DNA from: Pseudomonadota bacterium
Lineage (GTDB): Bacteria > Pseudomonadota > Gammaproteobacteria > Pseudomonadales > Halomonadaceae
Length of the DNA: 64,000 bases
Reading direction: 5' to 3'
Assembly (NCBI GenBank): GCA_051749325.1
Contig: JBNJIL010000013.1
Span: 1,294 to 65,293, forward strand
A program made the translations under genes and the position numbers. Numbering within the stretch: the stretch's first letter is position 1; each line of letters opens with the position of its first letter. The notes under the pieces are model-generated. The model did no database searches. It saw only the letters and a list, made by a program, of their open reading frames with translations, and was not told the origin of the DNA. Of the stretch, positions 1-11,664 are shown in pieces.

Positions 1-1
1 C

Positions 2-1132
2 AACACACTCATAAAGCAAAGCAAAACAGAGGGGTTCAATCTCATAAAGGAAGCAGCCGAGATGGGCAGCGAAAGCGCTCAGCTCTTCTTGTATGGTGCC
101 TACTCTATTTCAGGAAATGGCTTCGCCTCTATTGACCACGATGCAGGGTCAGATTGGCTTATCAGGGCGTCCCAAGGAGAAGGGAAAGATGCGGCCATCG
201 CCCTGTTCATTCTTTCCGATATAATAAGCAATGGCGAAAACGTCGCGCTGCAGAATAAAACGCAAGAAGACTTCAAACGAGTGATGACCGAAAAATATTC
301 ACCGGAGCTCATTGAGTTAGCGTCTTCTATACCTTCTTTTTCACACAACGGCATTCTTTACGACATGGCTTTGGCAGCAATGGGAGAAGCTGACGGTCAG
401 TACAGGATGGGGATGCACTATCTTGGCGGCCGTTCGAAGGTCAGCTTTTACGGATTTGAACATCCTGTGCCTAGTAGTTTTAAAAAGAGCATACGCTATC
501 TGAAACAGTCAGCCTCCAATGAAAGTTCTGAAGCCAACTTTCGACTTGGCGAGGTTTACGCCGACCCACTAATCAACCTCTTCAGCTTCTACGACGAAAA
601 AACCAACAGCGTGCCCGTCGAAGCGAACCCCATATTGGCTAGAGCATACTTTAAAAAAGCGGCTGAGCTTGGAAGCGAGGATGCGGCCAACAAGCTATCT
701 TCCGCTGGCACATACGATGTGGGCACCTGGGGCGAGAGCAGTTCACATACGACATACAACGAACTTGATTTCACTAAAACATATTATGATGCCGAGATTG
801 CATTCTCTGTGAATGGTGGGAAAAACCTTTATCTTCAAGAACGAAAGTTCAACGGAAGAGTGTGCGAACCATCTCAACACAACGGGAATGACATAAGTTT
901 TTGGCACTTTGATAACCAGCCAGTCTCGATGTTCGTTTTCTGCGAAGAAATCGATGAGAATTCTTCCGTTTACTACGCCACTCCGAAAAGCGATGCCGGG
1001 GTAGAGTACGTCGTTGGGGCATTCTCGAGGGCTCCGAGCGTCGTCAACGTCAAGATTGGTGATCGAAGCGTGCCCTTCTCTGCCGTTGGTTTCACAAAAG
1101 CGTGGAGAGGAGCCGGCGGGGATGCCTTATAA
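2..1132 (+). CDS. Sel1/TPR-like repeat protein, 5' end cut by the window edge
   Basis: ORF track gives 62..1132, but the frame stays open back to nt 2. The upstream translation NTLIKQSKTEGFNLIKEAAEMGSESAQLFLYGAY is itself Sel1-like. Further Sel1-type units are present: MGMHYLGG, FRLGEVYAD, AYFKKAAELGSEDAANKL. The C-terminal ~150 aa has no family I recognise. Confidence 0.6.
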   Translation, partial: NTLIKQSKTEGFNLIKEAAEMGSESAQLFLYGAYSISGNGFASIDHDAGSDWLIRASQGEGKDAAIALFILSDIISNGENVALQNKTQEDFKRVMTEKYSPELIELASSIPSFSHNGILYDMALAAMGEADGQYRMGMHYLGGRSKVSFYGFEHPVPSSFKKSIRYLKQSASNESSEANFRLGEVYADPLINLFSFYDEKTNSVPVEANPILARAYFKKAAELGSEDAANKLSSAGTYDVGTWGESSSHTTYNELDFTKTYYDAEIAFSVNGGKNLYLQERKFNGRVCEPSQHNGNDISFWHFDNQPVSMFVFCEEIDENSSVYYATPKSDAGVEYVVGAFSRAPSVVNVKIGDRSVPFSAVGFTKAWRGAGGDAL

Positions 1133-1408
1133 CTTATAGTTACTAGATGGATCATCATGTATACGAAACTAACCATACCGGGGGGCACTCTGGAACGACG
1201 TAGGCTGCAGCACCCAGCGCCGGAGAGACTAAAATCCATCTACCGAGCAACGCCTAAGCCCTCACGCTATGCCCGGCTGGGGAGCGCACGCTGTCAAGCC
1301 GGGCATTAGACCTTTTACCTAGGCAGATTGGTAGTACTACGTATATCGATAGGTAGTGAGCGCACCTAACCTGAGGTGTAATAACAATCACCTCAGGAGA
1401 AGCTTCCC

Positions 1409-2917
1409 TTGAATGTGGCAAACTACCTGGAAGTCAACTCCAGGAAATTCCCCGAGAGAACTGCCGTCCTGGTGGGCACCACGGTGGCTCTCACCTATGC
1501 CAGCTTGGATGACAAGGCGAGGAAGATTGGGGCGTTCTTACAGGAGCGCATGGCCTTACAGCCCGGCGACCGTGTAGCAGTATTCCTGCCAAATTCACCT
1601 GAATACATCGAACTGCTATGCGGAATTTGGTACGCAGGCTTAGTTGCGGTGCCCATCAACTACAAGCTGACGACACCCGAAGTACATTACATCCTAACCA
1701 ACAGCGAGGCTCAGCTAGTCTTCAGCGACCGAGAAGATATTGCAAACGGGCAAGAAGGTACTGAAGTTCTACCGCCAACAATACCTGTTGAAGAGCTAGG
1801 ATCCACCCTGGATCGACATTGCTTTAGAGAATCAAGGGATCCCGCATGGATCTTTTATACCAGCGGAACGACCGGCAAGCCTAAGGGCGCTACACTTAGC
1901 CACCTGAACTTAGCTGCTATGTCCAGCAGCTACCTTATCGGCATTGACTCGATTGGAGAGGGGGACACGTTAGTCCACTTCGCACCAATGTCTCATGGCT
2001 CGGGGCTCTACCTCCTACCATTCTTAATGGCGGGCGGAGCAAACCTTATACCTGAACCTGCCAAATTCACGCCCGAAAATTTTGTAGCTACGGTTAATTC
2101 CCACGAAAAACTTTCGATGTTCTTGGCTCCGACCATGGTAAGGCGAGTAGTGGATTATCTGGTGACCAGCAACCAGCCATTGGCCGTCGAGAACCTTGCG
2201 ACCATAACCTATGGTGGTGGTCCCATGTATGCCAAGGACCTTAATGACGCACTCGACGTCTTTGGGTACTGCTTGGCACAGGTTTACGGCCAAGGCGAGA
2301 GCCCGATGACAATTACCTACCTTGATCGAAACCAGCACCGTTCATTGAAAGAGAGCATTTCTGGTGTTGGGGCAGATGGTACTCAGATACTCCCGGTGGG
2401 CCAACCACATCCTCAGCTTGAACTGGCAATCCGGGCTGAAGATGGCACCTTCTTGCCTGACGGGAAGGATGGTGAGGTGTGTGTGCGCGGAGACATTGTC
2501 ATGGAGGGGTACTGGGCAAACCAAGAGGCGACCCGCGAAACCTTGGTCGACGGCTGGCTGAGAACGGGAGATGTGGGACATCTGGATGCAAAAGGATTCC
2601 TATACCTAACCGACCGCTTGAAAGACGTGATCATAAGTGGGGGCACCAACATCTACCCAAGGGAAGTAGAAGAAATACTCTTGAAGTACCCAGGCGTAAG
2701 AGAAGTTTCCGTCGTAGGAAAGCGAGACGCTGACTGGGGAGAGGTAGTGGTTGCCTTTGTCGTTACCTCTGCCGAGACAACTGAGGATGATCTCGACAGC
2801 TTCTGCGTGGAAAACATGGCCCGTTTCAAACGACCAAAGTCGTACCGATTCATGGAAGAGCTTCCCAAAAATGCCTATGGCAAGATTCTCAAGACAGAAC
2901 TGAGAACATTGCTCTAA
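1409..2917 (+). CDS. AMP-dependent acyl-CoA synthetase/ligase
   Basis: 502 aa with the adenylate-forming signature YTSGTTGKPKGA and a C-terminal GWLRTGD...GGTNIYPREVEE...PKNAYGKILK. TTG start at 1409 with AGGAGA 9 nt upstream. Confidence 0.9.
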   Translation: MNVANYLEVNSRKFPERTAVLVGTTVALTYASLDDKARKIGAFLQERMALQPGDRVAVFLPNSPEYIELLCGIWYAGLVAVPINYKLTTPEVHYILTNSEAQLVFSDREDIANGQEGTEVLPPTIPVEELGSTLDRHCFRESRDPAWIFYTSGTTGKPKGATLSHLNLAAMSSSYLIGIDSIGEGDTLVHFAPMSHGSGLYLLPFLMAGGANLIPEPAKFTPENFVATVNSHEKLSMFLAPTMVRRVVDYLVTSNQPLAVENLATITYGGGPMYAKDLNDALDVFGYCLAQVYGQGESPMTITYLDRNQHRSLKESISGVGADGTQILPVGQPHPQLELAIRAEDGTFLPDGKDGEVCVRGDIVMEGYWANQEATRETLVDGWLRTGDVGHLDAKGFLYLTDRLKDVIISGGTNIYPREVEEILLKYPGVREVSVVGKRDADWGEVVVAFVVTSAETTEDDLDSFCVENMARFKRPKSYRFMEELPKNAYGKILKTELRTLL

Positions 2918-2943
2918 CAGAACACGAATCAAGAGGTAGCACG

Positions 2944-4107
2944 ATGAAAACCAATATTATTGGAACCGGACATACCAAATTCGGCAAGCTTCCTCAGACT
3001 GTAGAGGAGCTGATTGCCGAAGCTGCGACCGAAGCATTGAAATCGTCTGGCATTTCTGCCAAGGAAATCGATGCCATATATGTTGGCAACTTCAACAGCG
3101 GCATGTGCGACCAAGAGTTTCCAGCTTCGCTAGTTCTCAACGCTCACCCTGAACTCCGATTCAAACCCGCCACCAGAGTAGAGAATGCCTGCGCTAGTGG
3201 TTCAGCAGCTATACACCAGGGCATCAACCTTATCGAGGGAGGGTTAGCAGATAGGGTACTGGTCATCGGTGTGGAAAAGATGACAGAAGCCGATGCACCT
3301 CGAATCGCGAAAGGTCTACTGGGAGCCAGTTACCAACCCGAGAGCCTAGGCCTCAAGGCTGGCTTTGCGGGTGTATTTGCCGATGTAGCAGAGAAGTACT
3401 TCGACGCCTATGGAGACAACTCATTAGAGTTGGCTCGCATTGCTGCCAAGAACCATGCTAACGGTGTACATAATCCCTTGGCACAGTTGCAGAAGGACCT
3501 TGGCGTCGAGTTCTGCCATGCAGCCTCAGAGAAGAACCCTGTGGTGGCCGGTCCGTTAAAGCGTACCGACTGCTCGCCAGTCTCAGATGGTGCAGCAGCA
3601 CTAGTATTGACCTCTGATCGGGCGACCCCGTCGGCTACGAAGAAGGTGCGCTTCCTGGCTCGGACGCAGGTGACCGACTTCATGCCCATGAGTAAGCGTG
3701 ATCCTCTGGTATTTGAGGGGGCTTCACGGGCTTGGCATCAAGTGCTCTGGGACGCAGCTATTACTCTTGACGACCTCTCTTTTGCTGAAGTGCACGACTG
3801 CTTCACCATTGCAGAGTTGATGATCTACGAGAGCATGGGATTAACTCCCTACGGAGAAGGTTTCCGTGCGATCAATGAAGGCTGGGTCATGAAAGATGGG
3901 CGTCTGCCCATCAACCCCTCCGGCGGGCTCAAGTCGAAGGGGCATCCGGTCGGCGCCACTGGTGTGTCCATGCATGTCATGGCGGCCAGGCAGCTTCTCG
4001 AGGAGGCAGGTGGATGCCAGATTCCCGGTGCAAAACTGGGAGCTGTATTCAACATGGGTGGCTTGGCAGTTGCCAACTATGCCAGCATCCTTACGAATGA
4101 TGCATGA
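2944..4107 (+). CDS. thiolase-like protein (SCP-x / lipid-transfer type acyl-CoA acetyltransferase family)
   Basis: 387 aa. Active-site Cys context VENACASGSAA, C-terminal GHPVGATG and NMGG motifs typical of thiolase fold. Confidence 0.85.
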   Translation: MKTNIIGTGHTKFGKLPQTVEELIAEAATEALKSSGISAKEIDAIYVGNFNSGMCDQEFPASLVLNAHPELRFKPATRVENACASGSAAIHQGINLIEGGLADRVLVIGVEKMTEADAPRIAKGLLGASYQPESLGLKAGFAGVFADVAEKYFDAYGDNSLELARIAAKNHANGVHNPLAQLQKDLGVEFCHAASEKNPVVAGPLKRTDCSPVSDGAAALVLTSDRATPSATKKVRFLARTQVTDFMPMSKRDPLVFEGASRAWHQVLWDAAITLDDLSFAEVHDCFTIAELMIYESMGLTPYGEGFRAINEGWVMKDGRLPINPSGGLKSKGHPVGATGVSMHVMAARQLLEEAGGCQIPGAKLGAVFNMGGLAVANYASILTNDA

Positions 4108-4925
4108 CGATGAGGAGTGATGGAACCATGCCAAAACAGCCTGTACATCGTACTGTGCTAGTTACAGGTGCCCTTGGCGGCATCGGTCGTGCGGTCTGCG
4201 AGTCCTTCGCTGACCAAGGGCACTCCATCGTCGCACATGATATCCACCAGCCAGAATCTGAGCCAGCTCAGGGCTTCATGAAAGAGCTAGAAAACCGCGG
4301 AGCACCTAAAGCAAGCTACTATCGGGCGGATTTACGCTGCGTCGAAGAAATAGATGCAATGTTCGACGACATCATAGAAGACAATACCTGTATTGACATA
4401 CTGGTCAATAATGCTGGTATTCAGAAGACGGCTCCGATTGAATCTTTTGACTACAACACCTGGTCAGACATCCTGGCAACAAACCTCACAGCCGTCTACC
4501 GAAGTATCCAGCGTGCGATACCCGGCATGCGTAAGGGCGGCTGGGGCCGTATTGTGAACATCTCATCCGTTCATGGCTTGGTGGGGTCGAAGGATAAGGC
4601 TGCATACGTTGCAGCAAAACATGGCGTAGTTGGGCTGTCCAAGGTGATATCCCTGGAGACGGCGGGACAGGGGATTACCGTTAATTCAATCTGCCCAGGC
4701 TGGACTGACACCCCAATCCTTGAACCACAAATCACAGGCAGGATGGAAAAGCTAAATTCGTCGCGAGAAGAAGCTGTATACGACCTTGTAGTAGAGAAGC
4801 AACCGACCGGTAAACTGGTATCCCCACGGCAAGTCGCAGGGCTGGTTGATTACCTCGCTAGTGACATGGCAGAGAACATCACTGGTACAGCAATGCCTAT
4901 CGATGGCGGGTGGACTTGCCAGTAG
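4104..4925 (+). CDS. short-chain dehydrogenase, 3-hydroxybutyrate dehydrogenase-like
   Basis: TGALGGIGRA (TGxxxGxG), NNAGI, YVAAKHG (YxxxK), ICPGWTDTP. ATGA overlap with the thiolase stop at 4104-4107. An alternative start at 4128 has GAGGAG 10 nt upstream. Confidence 0.85.
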   Translation: MTMRSDGTMPKQPVHRTVLVTGALGGIGRAVCESFADQGHSIVAHDIHQPESEPAQGFMKELENRGAPKASYYRADLRCVEEIDAMFDDIIEDNTCIDILVNNAGIQKTAPIESFDYNTWSDILATNLTAVYRSIQRAIPGMRKGGWGRIVNISSVHGLVGSKDKAAYVAAKHGVVGLSKVISLETAGQGITVNSICPGWTDTPILEPQITGRMEKLNSSREEAVYDLVVEKQPTGKLVSPRQVAGLVDYLASDMAENITGTAMPIDGGWTCQ

Positions 4926-4953
4926 GATTATTATCTCACTTGGAGCGAGGCGA

Positions 4954-5520
4954 ATGAGCTCGATGGCAGTACCTAATGAATTTGTCGGCATAGCATTTGC
5001 GAATGCCCCCTGTGCTATTGTCGCCACAAAAAACAGGCACGTCATCGAGTGCAACAAGGCGTTCTGCGAGCTCTTCGGCTACGAAAGGGCTGAGCTCCTT
5101 GGACAGCTGATGCTGAAGATGTACCCCTCCTATGAGGACTATGTAACGATCGGCGAGCTTCGCTACAAGGAACTTCTTCAAGAAAATCGCTGCATCGATG
5201 AGCGGTTCATGAAAAACAAGCAAGGGGAAGTCTTCTGGTGCCAAACACAGGGAATCACCCTAACACCTGACTCCCCATTTGATCTTGCTGTTTGGACATT
5301 TACCAAAATCAGCATCAGGCAAGAAAAAGCGAGAAATTTATCGATACGTGAGCGCGAAGTATCTGGATATATTGCAAACGGATATACATGCAAGGAGGTA
5401 GCAAAACAATTGGGAATATCACACCGCACTGTTGAAGCACATAGAGCCAAAATAATGAAGAAGCTAGGATGCCGGAACACGGCAGAGCTTGTTTCAAAAA
5501 TTATTCAGCTCGACGCGTAG
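4954..5520 (+). CDS. PAS-domain LuxR/FixJ-type transcriptional regulator
   Basis: ORF track 4846..5520, but the first 36 codons overlap the SDR gene, so ATG 4954 is the more likely start. N-terminal PAS-like segment (IVATKNRHVIECNKAFCELFGY). C-terminal LuxR HTH (REREVSGYIANGYTCKEVAKQLGISHRTVEAHRAKIMKKLG). Confidence 0.8.
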   Translation: MSSMAVPNEFVGIAFANAPCAIVATKNRHVIECNKAFCELFGYERAELLGQLMLKMYPSYEDYVTIGELRYKELLQENRCIDERFMKNKQGEVFWCQTQGITLTPDSPFDLAVWTFTKISIRQEKARNLSIREREVSGYIANGYTCKEVAKQLGISHRTVEAHRAKIMKKLGCRNTAELVSKIIQLDA

Positions 5521-5712
5521 CTTAGCTCCCTTAGCCTTATACGTAGTACTACGTATACCGGCAGGTAGGTGAAGTGGCTAGGATGAATCATGAGCTGGAC
5601 ATCCGCTATGAGGCACAGAGTCAAGCTTCGGATATCTAGCCCTGATGCGACAAGTGCCCCAGCCTGATGGCGGGCAAAACAAGAATTATCGATAGCGCCA
5701 GGAGATTACAAG

Positions 5713-6816
5713 ATGACAATGAAGAGAAGAGAATTCCTCAAGTTAAGTGCGGTTTCCGTGGGCGGTGTCATGACACTAACCACGATGCCCAACCTTGCAT
5801 TTGCTCAGTCTGTGCAGCGACTCAAGTATGACTCATACGTAACTGAGCATGCATCTCCTTCAGTACTCGATCGCTGGTTTTTAGACGAGTTGGTTAAGCG
5901 CACAGATGGTGCCGTTGAAATCGAATACTACTGGGCGCAATCCCTGAACAAGGCGGGCGCCCACCTTAACGCAATCAAGAACAACATTTCTGAAATCTCT
6001 CTGATCTCTCCTGGCTATTACCAGAGCGACCTTCCCGTTACACGAGGCCTTGAGTGGTACTACAAGATGGACCGCGCCGATGCGCTGCTCAGGGTTTGTC
6101 GTGACGTCTACGATAACTATGAACCTCTGCGCCAGGAATGGGAATCACGCCACAAGGCTAAGGTCCTGTATTGGACAAACTGGTACTACTGCCCGCTGAT
6201 TACCCGTGAACCGATCAAGAGTATGGAAGACCTCAAGGGGAAACGTATTCGTGGCTACGGTGTAGGCACTGATGTCGTTGAGAGCCTTGGTGGTCGTGCG
6301 ATTCCCATGGCTGCTCCAGAGGTCTACTCTTCACTCGAGCGCGGCGTTCTAGATGGTGCTTTCGGTTTCGACTTCATCACGGCTATCAGTTATGCCCTGC
6401 ATGAGCCTGCACCTTATATTACTGAGATAGGCTCCGGCCCGCATGCTCCATCAGCCACGGTCATCGGCATCGATGCTTGGAATGCACTGCCAGATGATGT
6501 GAAGAGCGTTGCAAATGAACTAGCCGACGAGATCTATCAAGGCAAGTATCGCGAAATCTATGCAGGGATCGCCGAGGACCGTGTGCGCAAAGCCCTGGAT
6601 GAGGGTGCACAGTTCTCCAAATGGGATGACTCTGAAATTGAGCGAGCCGCCAACTTGGTTCAGCCCGAGCAAGTCAACAGCTGGATTGAGAACGTAGCAA
6701 GCCAAGCTGGAATCGATGGCAGTGAAATGCAATCTATCGTCGACGAGGCAATTAAGCGTCACGATAGCAGTGGCTCTCTGAAAACGCCCTTCGAAATCTA
6801 TCAAGACATGTCCTAG
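5713..6816 (+). CDS. TRAP transporter substrate-binding protein (DctP family)
   Basis: 367 aa with a Tat/Sec-like leader MKRREFLKLSAVSVGGVMTLTTMPNLAFA. Followed directly by DctQ- and DctM-type genes. Confidence 0.8.
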   Translation: MTMKRREFLKLSAVSVGGVMTLTTMPNLAFAQSVQRLKYDSYVTEHASPSVLDRWFLDELVKRTDGAVEIEYYWAQSLNKAGAHLNAIKNNISEISLISPGYYQSDLPVTRGLEWYYKMDRADALLRVCRDVYDNYEPLRQEWESRHKAKVLYWTNWYYCPLITREPIKSMEDLKGKRIRGYGVGTDVVESLGGRAIPMAAPEVYSSLERGVLDGAFGFDFITAISYALHEPAPYITEIGSGPHAPSATVIGIDAWNALPDDVKSVANELADEIYQGKYREIYAGIAEDRVRKALDEGAQFSKWDDSEIERAANLVQPEQVNSWIENVASQAGIDGSEMQSIVDEAIKRHDSSGSLKTPFEIYQDMS

Positions 6817-6895
6817 CATATCGCCAATTCAACTGGCCTCTGTGGCAGGAAGGCAATACGCCTTCCTGCTCTTATCAATTTTCCGAGAGTGAGAT

Positions 6896-7399
6896 ATGTT
6901 AGATCATCTTAGAAAAACCGAGGTCTGGGTATCCAATGCTGCAGGCTTCATAGCGGTTTCAGCGATGATTTTCATGATGCTGTCTACCGCGCTGGACGCT
7001 ACATCCCGAAGCCTCTTCAATTTCCCTCTGCCGGGTGTTTATGAGTTTTCAGAGATTTCCATGGCCATTATTGTTTACCTTGGCCTCCTCTGGACACAAA
7101 GAGACAACAAGCACATCCGGGTATCTTTGGTGAGTGACAGAAAGCAGAAACGGATACGCCTGGCATGGGAGGGTCTAGCATGGTCCTTTGCCGCAATCTT
7201 CCTATTTTTTCTAAGCATCCCCACTATCGAAGGAGCTTACAGCTCTTTTCTTGACCGCGAATTTCGATGGGGCATTATCCAAATGCCAATTTGGTGGGTA
7301 AAAATAGTAGTGGCTATAGGTCTGTCGCTAGCTTGTTTACAGATGTGTTTGCACGCCATCATCTCTTTCAATTCCGCACTAGGAAAGGCCAATGACTAA
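6896..7399 (+). CDS. TRAP transporter small permease (DctQ family)
   Basis: 167 aa with four hydrophobic segments. Overlaps the large permease gene by 8 nt. Confidence 0.8.
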   Translation: MLDHLRKTEVWVSNAAGFIAVSAMIFMMLSTALDATSRSLFNFPLPGVYEFSEISMAIIVYLGLLWTQRDNKHIRVSLVSDRKQKRIRLAWEGLAWSFAAIFLFFLSIPTIEGAYSSFLDREFRWGIIQMPIWWVKIVVAIGLSLACLQMCLHAIISFNSALGKAND

Positions 7400-8702
7400 C
7401 CCCATGGTGCTTGGACTGTTATCCGTCCTTCTGATATTTATATTTATGGGGCTTGGCATCCCAGTATTTGCAGCTCTTGGACTAGCAGGAATGATAGGCA
7501 TCTTGTTTGTTCAAGACATGACGTACGTCTACAACGTGCTTCAGAACTTTGCATTTGACGAGACCGCTGCGTACCTCCTCACTGTCATACCCCTTTTCAT
7601 TATTATGGGCAATTTTGCGTTACATGCGGGTGTAGGGAAATCCCTGTTTCACGTAGCTAAACGCTGGTGCGGACATTTACCTGGGGGCCTTGCGGTATCA
7701 ACAATTCTTACTTGTGCGGGCTTCTCAGCCACCTCTGGATCCAGTGTAGCTACGGCTGCAACGGTAGGATCTATCTCCCTGCCTGAGATGAAGAAAGCAG
7801 GATATGACAAACGACTTTCTGCCGGATGCGTAGCAGCAGGCGGTGTTCTAGGAGTACTAATACCGCCAAGCGTGCTGCTGGTCTTCTATGCTGCGCTCAC
7901 CGAGGTATCTGCTGGCCGAATGCTGGTTGCAGGGGTAATACCTGGCGTCCTTTCTGTTTTGGTCTTTGTGCTGGGTGTACTTCTCATCTCTGCCCGCAAG
8001 CCAACAATGTGCCCTAAGGGAGAAAAATCTGATTGGGGCCAGCGTCTGAGGTCGCTTGTACATGCTTGGAAGCTGTTAGCACTTATCGTCGTGGTGCTCG
8101 GGAGCATCTATACAGGCTGGGCTACACCGACTGAGGCAGCCTCGTTAGGAGCTGTGGCATCAGTTCTTTTCCTGCTCACCTCAAAGCAAAACTTTTCCAG
8201 CAAATTAAAGGCCATTGCTGGTTCGTCACGAGATGCCATCAATACGACTGTGATGATAATGATGACCATGCTCGGGGCCGGTATCTACAGCTTCTTTCTT
8301 AGCTTAATACAAGTCCCGCAAATGGTTTCTTCGCTGGTCATTGACCTGCCTCTCCCAGCCCTCGTGATCATCGCATTGATACTGATCATTTATATCCCCA
8401 TGGGCATGTTTCTTGATGCATTTTCCATGCTGGTCATCACTCTACCCATCCTATTCCCAGTGGTAACTGGCCTTGGGTTTGACCCTATCTGGTTCGGCAT
8501 CCTTGCTATCAAGATGTGTGAAATCGGCTTGATCACACCGCCGATAGGCTTGAACGTCTATGTCATCGCAGGCTTGGATGAGGACACATCGCTTACGGAT
8601 GTGTTCTCGGGCGCATCATGGTTCATATTGATGGAGGCCGTAACGATCATGATTCTCTTCTCCATTCCTTTCCTGTCCACTTGGCTCCCTTATACCATGT
8701 AG
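7392..8702 (+). CDS. TRAP transporter large permease (DctM family)
   Basis: 436 aa polytopic membrane protein of typical DctM length and organisation, in operon context with the DctP/DctQ genes. Confidence 0.85.
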   Translation: MTNPMVLGLLSVLLIFIFMGLGIPVFAALGLAGMIGILFVQDMTYVYNVLQNFAFDETAAYLLTVIPLFIIMGNFALHAGVGKSLFHVAKRWCGHLPGGLAVSTILTCAGFSATSGSSVATAATVGSISLPEMKKAGYDKRLSAGCVAAGGVLGVLIPPSVLLVFYAALTEVSAGRMLVAGVIPGVLSVLVFVLGVLLISARKPTMCPKGEKSDWGQRLRSLVHAWKLLALIVVVLGSIYTGWATPTEAASLGAVASVLFLLTSKQNFSSKLKAIAGSSRDAINTTVMIMMTMLGAGIYSFFLSLIQVPQMVSSLVIDLPLPALVIIALILIIYIPMGMFLDAFSMLVITLPILFPVVTGLGFDPIWFGILAIKMCEIGLITPPIGLNVYVIAGLDEDTSLTDVFSGASWFILMEAVTIMILFSIPFLSTWLPYTM

Positions 8703-8792
8703 AATTAGAAAAACGGTCTGCCAAAGAAGCGATGTGAGACAGCATACCGCCTCTAAACTCGCTTGGTATAGCGACATTTTCTCTTCACCGTT

Positions 8793-8830
8793 GATGGTGA
8801 GCCGTGGGAAGCGAGCTCACCATCGTTTTA
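8793..8830 (+). terminator. rho-independent terminator after the TRAP operon
   Basis: GATGGTGAGC (8793-8802) pairs with GCTCACCATC (8815-8824) across a 12-nt loop, followed by GTTTTAT. Confidence 0.6.
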
Positions 8831-9217
8831 TCGCCGCTCAAAATTATCGTGATCAGCTTCTCCATGCACGCCTGATCAATACAAAATGAAGAGAGAGCTT
8901 GACTTGACGTTTTATCGGTCTTCTCGATGATTCAGTATCGTTACCAATCGCATAACTATCTAAGTGCACCGCTAATTAACAGGCTAACAAAAACTCCTCT
9001 TTTCTCAGCTTTCCTATCCTTAGGAAGTCAACCGTCATGTTGGTGGGCTTACGCCCGGAAAATGGCTGGCGAGAGCACCATCCCGCCGGACAGACGTCAT
9101 TCTGCTACTCCTAGGCGCCAGTAGTCTGTACAATGCGCGCCCTACATCCCAACCCCGCGCCTAGGGTACTTTCCAAAACGTGTACATAGGTGCGTACATA
9201 TTAGCGAGCTACACCCT

Positions 9218-11068
<1,851 letters not shown>

Positions 11069-11090
11069 CCCCCGGCCAGCTGAAGCCCCC

Positions 11091-11114
11091 AGAGCCCGCC
11101 ATCCGGCGGGCTCT
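11091..11114 (+). terminator. stem-loop terminator after typA
   Basis: AGAGCCCGCC-ATCC-GGCGGGCTCT, a perfect 10-bp stem, 23 nt after the typA stop. Confidence 0.55.
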
Positions 11115-11212
11115 GTCGTGTCTGCCCCGCATTCGAGCCCGTGGCGGGCTGTCGTTCACCGCCTCAGCGACTATGCTGGAGGCTGGACGCCACCTCCCCG
11201 AGGAGAGTCGAC

Positions 11213-11536
11213 ATGCACAAGCACGTAGAGTGGGATGCTCCCGGCCGCGACAGCGTGCTGGCACATTTCGCCCACCATCCCGAGCAACTCGCCGAGCCGC
11301 GTCCCGGGGACATCCTCTCGGCGCGTTACCAGGGCGCCATCGTCCGGGTGAAGGTAGAGGCCTGGCTCGATGGCACGAGCATCGGTGAAGTCGCCGCCAT
11401 CATTGCCATCGACAACGGCCGGCGCATGAAGTCCCACGGCAAGCTCGACCTGGGGGATACCGTGCGTCTGCCCGATGCCTGCCGCGCCCTGGAGCCCGAA
11501 CCCAGCGCCTCAACCTCCGAGAAGGCCCCGGAGTGA
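11213..11536 (+). CDS. hypothetical protein (107 aa)
   Basis: ORF track 11141..11536. ATG 11213 is preceded by GAGGAGAG. Codon bias matches neighbouring genes. No family recognised. Confidence 0.45.
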   Translation: MHKHVEWDAPGRDSVLAHFAHHPEQLAEPRPGDILSARYQGAIVRVKVEAWLDGTSIGEVAAIIAIDNGRRMKSHGKLDLGDTVRLPDACRALEPEPSASTSEKAPE

Positions 11537-11664
11537 TAGCGCGCGCGGATACCATCCCTGTCGCCAACGCCCCCTAAACGCAGAGCGACTAGCCAGGCAG
11601 GGGCCTTGTGCCGCAAAGTGAGGGGAAAGGCCCACAAGGCCCACCACGGCAATCCGGGACCCCC

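Noticed and set aside
1145-1241. 9-bp inverted repeat TAGATGGAT / ATCCATCTA flanking about 80 bp, considered as a MITE or small RNA. A 10-bp hairpin ATGCCCGGCT / AGCCGGGCAT also lies at 1269-1306.
   Set aside because: Inverted repeats of this length and spacing are expected many times by chance in 64 kb. There is no second copy in the window, no target-site duplication and no recognisable RNA family.
8927-9124. 65-aa ORF in the junction between the low-G+C island and typA.
   Set aside because: It has no convincing ribosome-binding site and no recognisable domain. It spans the compositional transition. It is more likely non-coding junction sequence.
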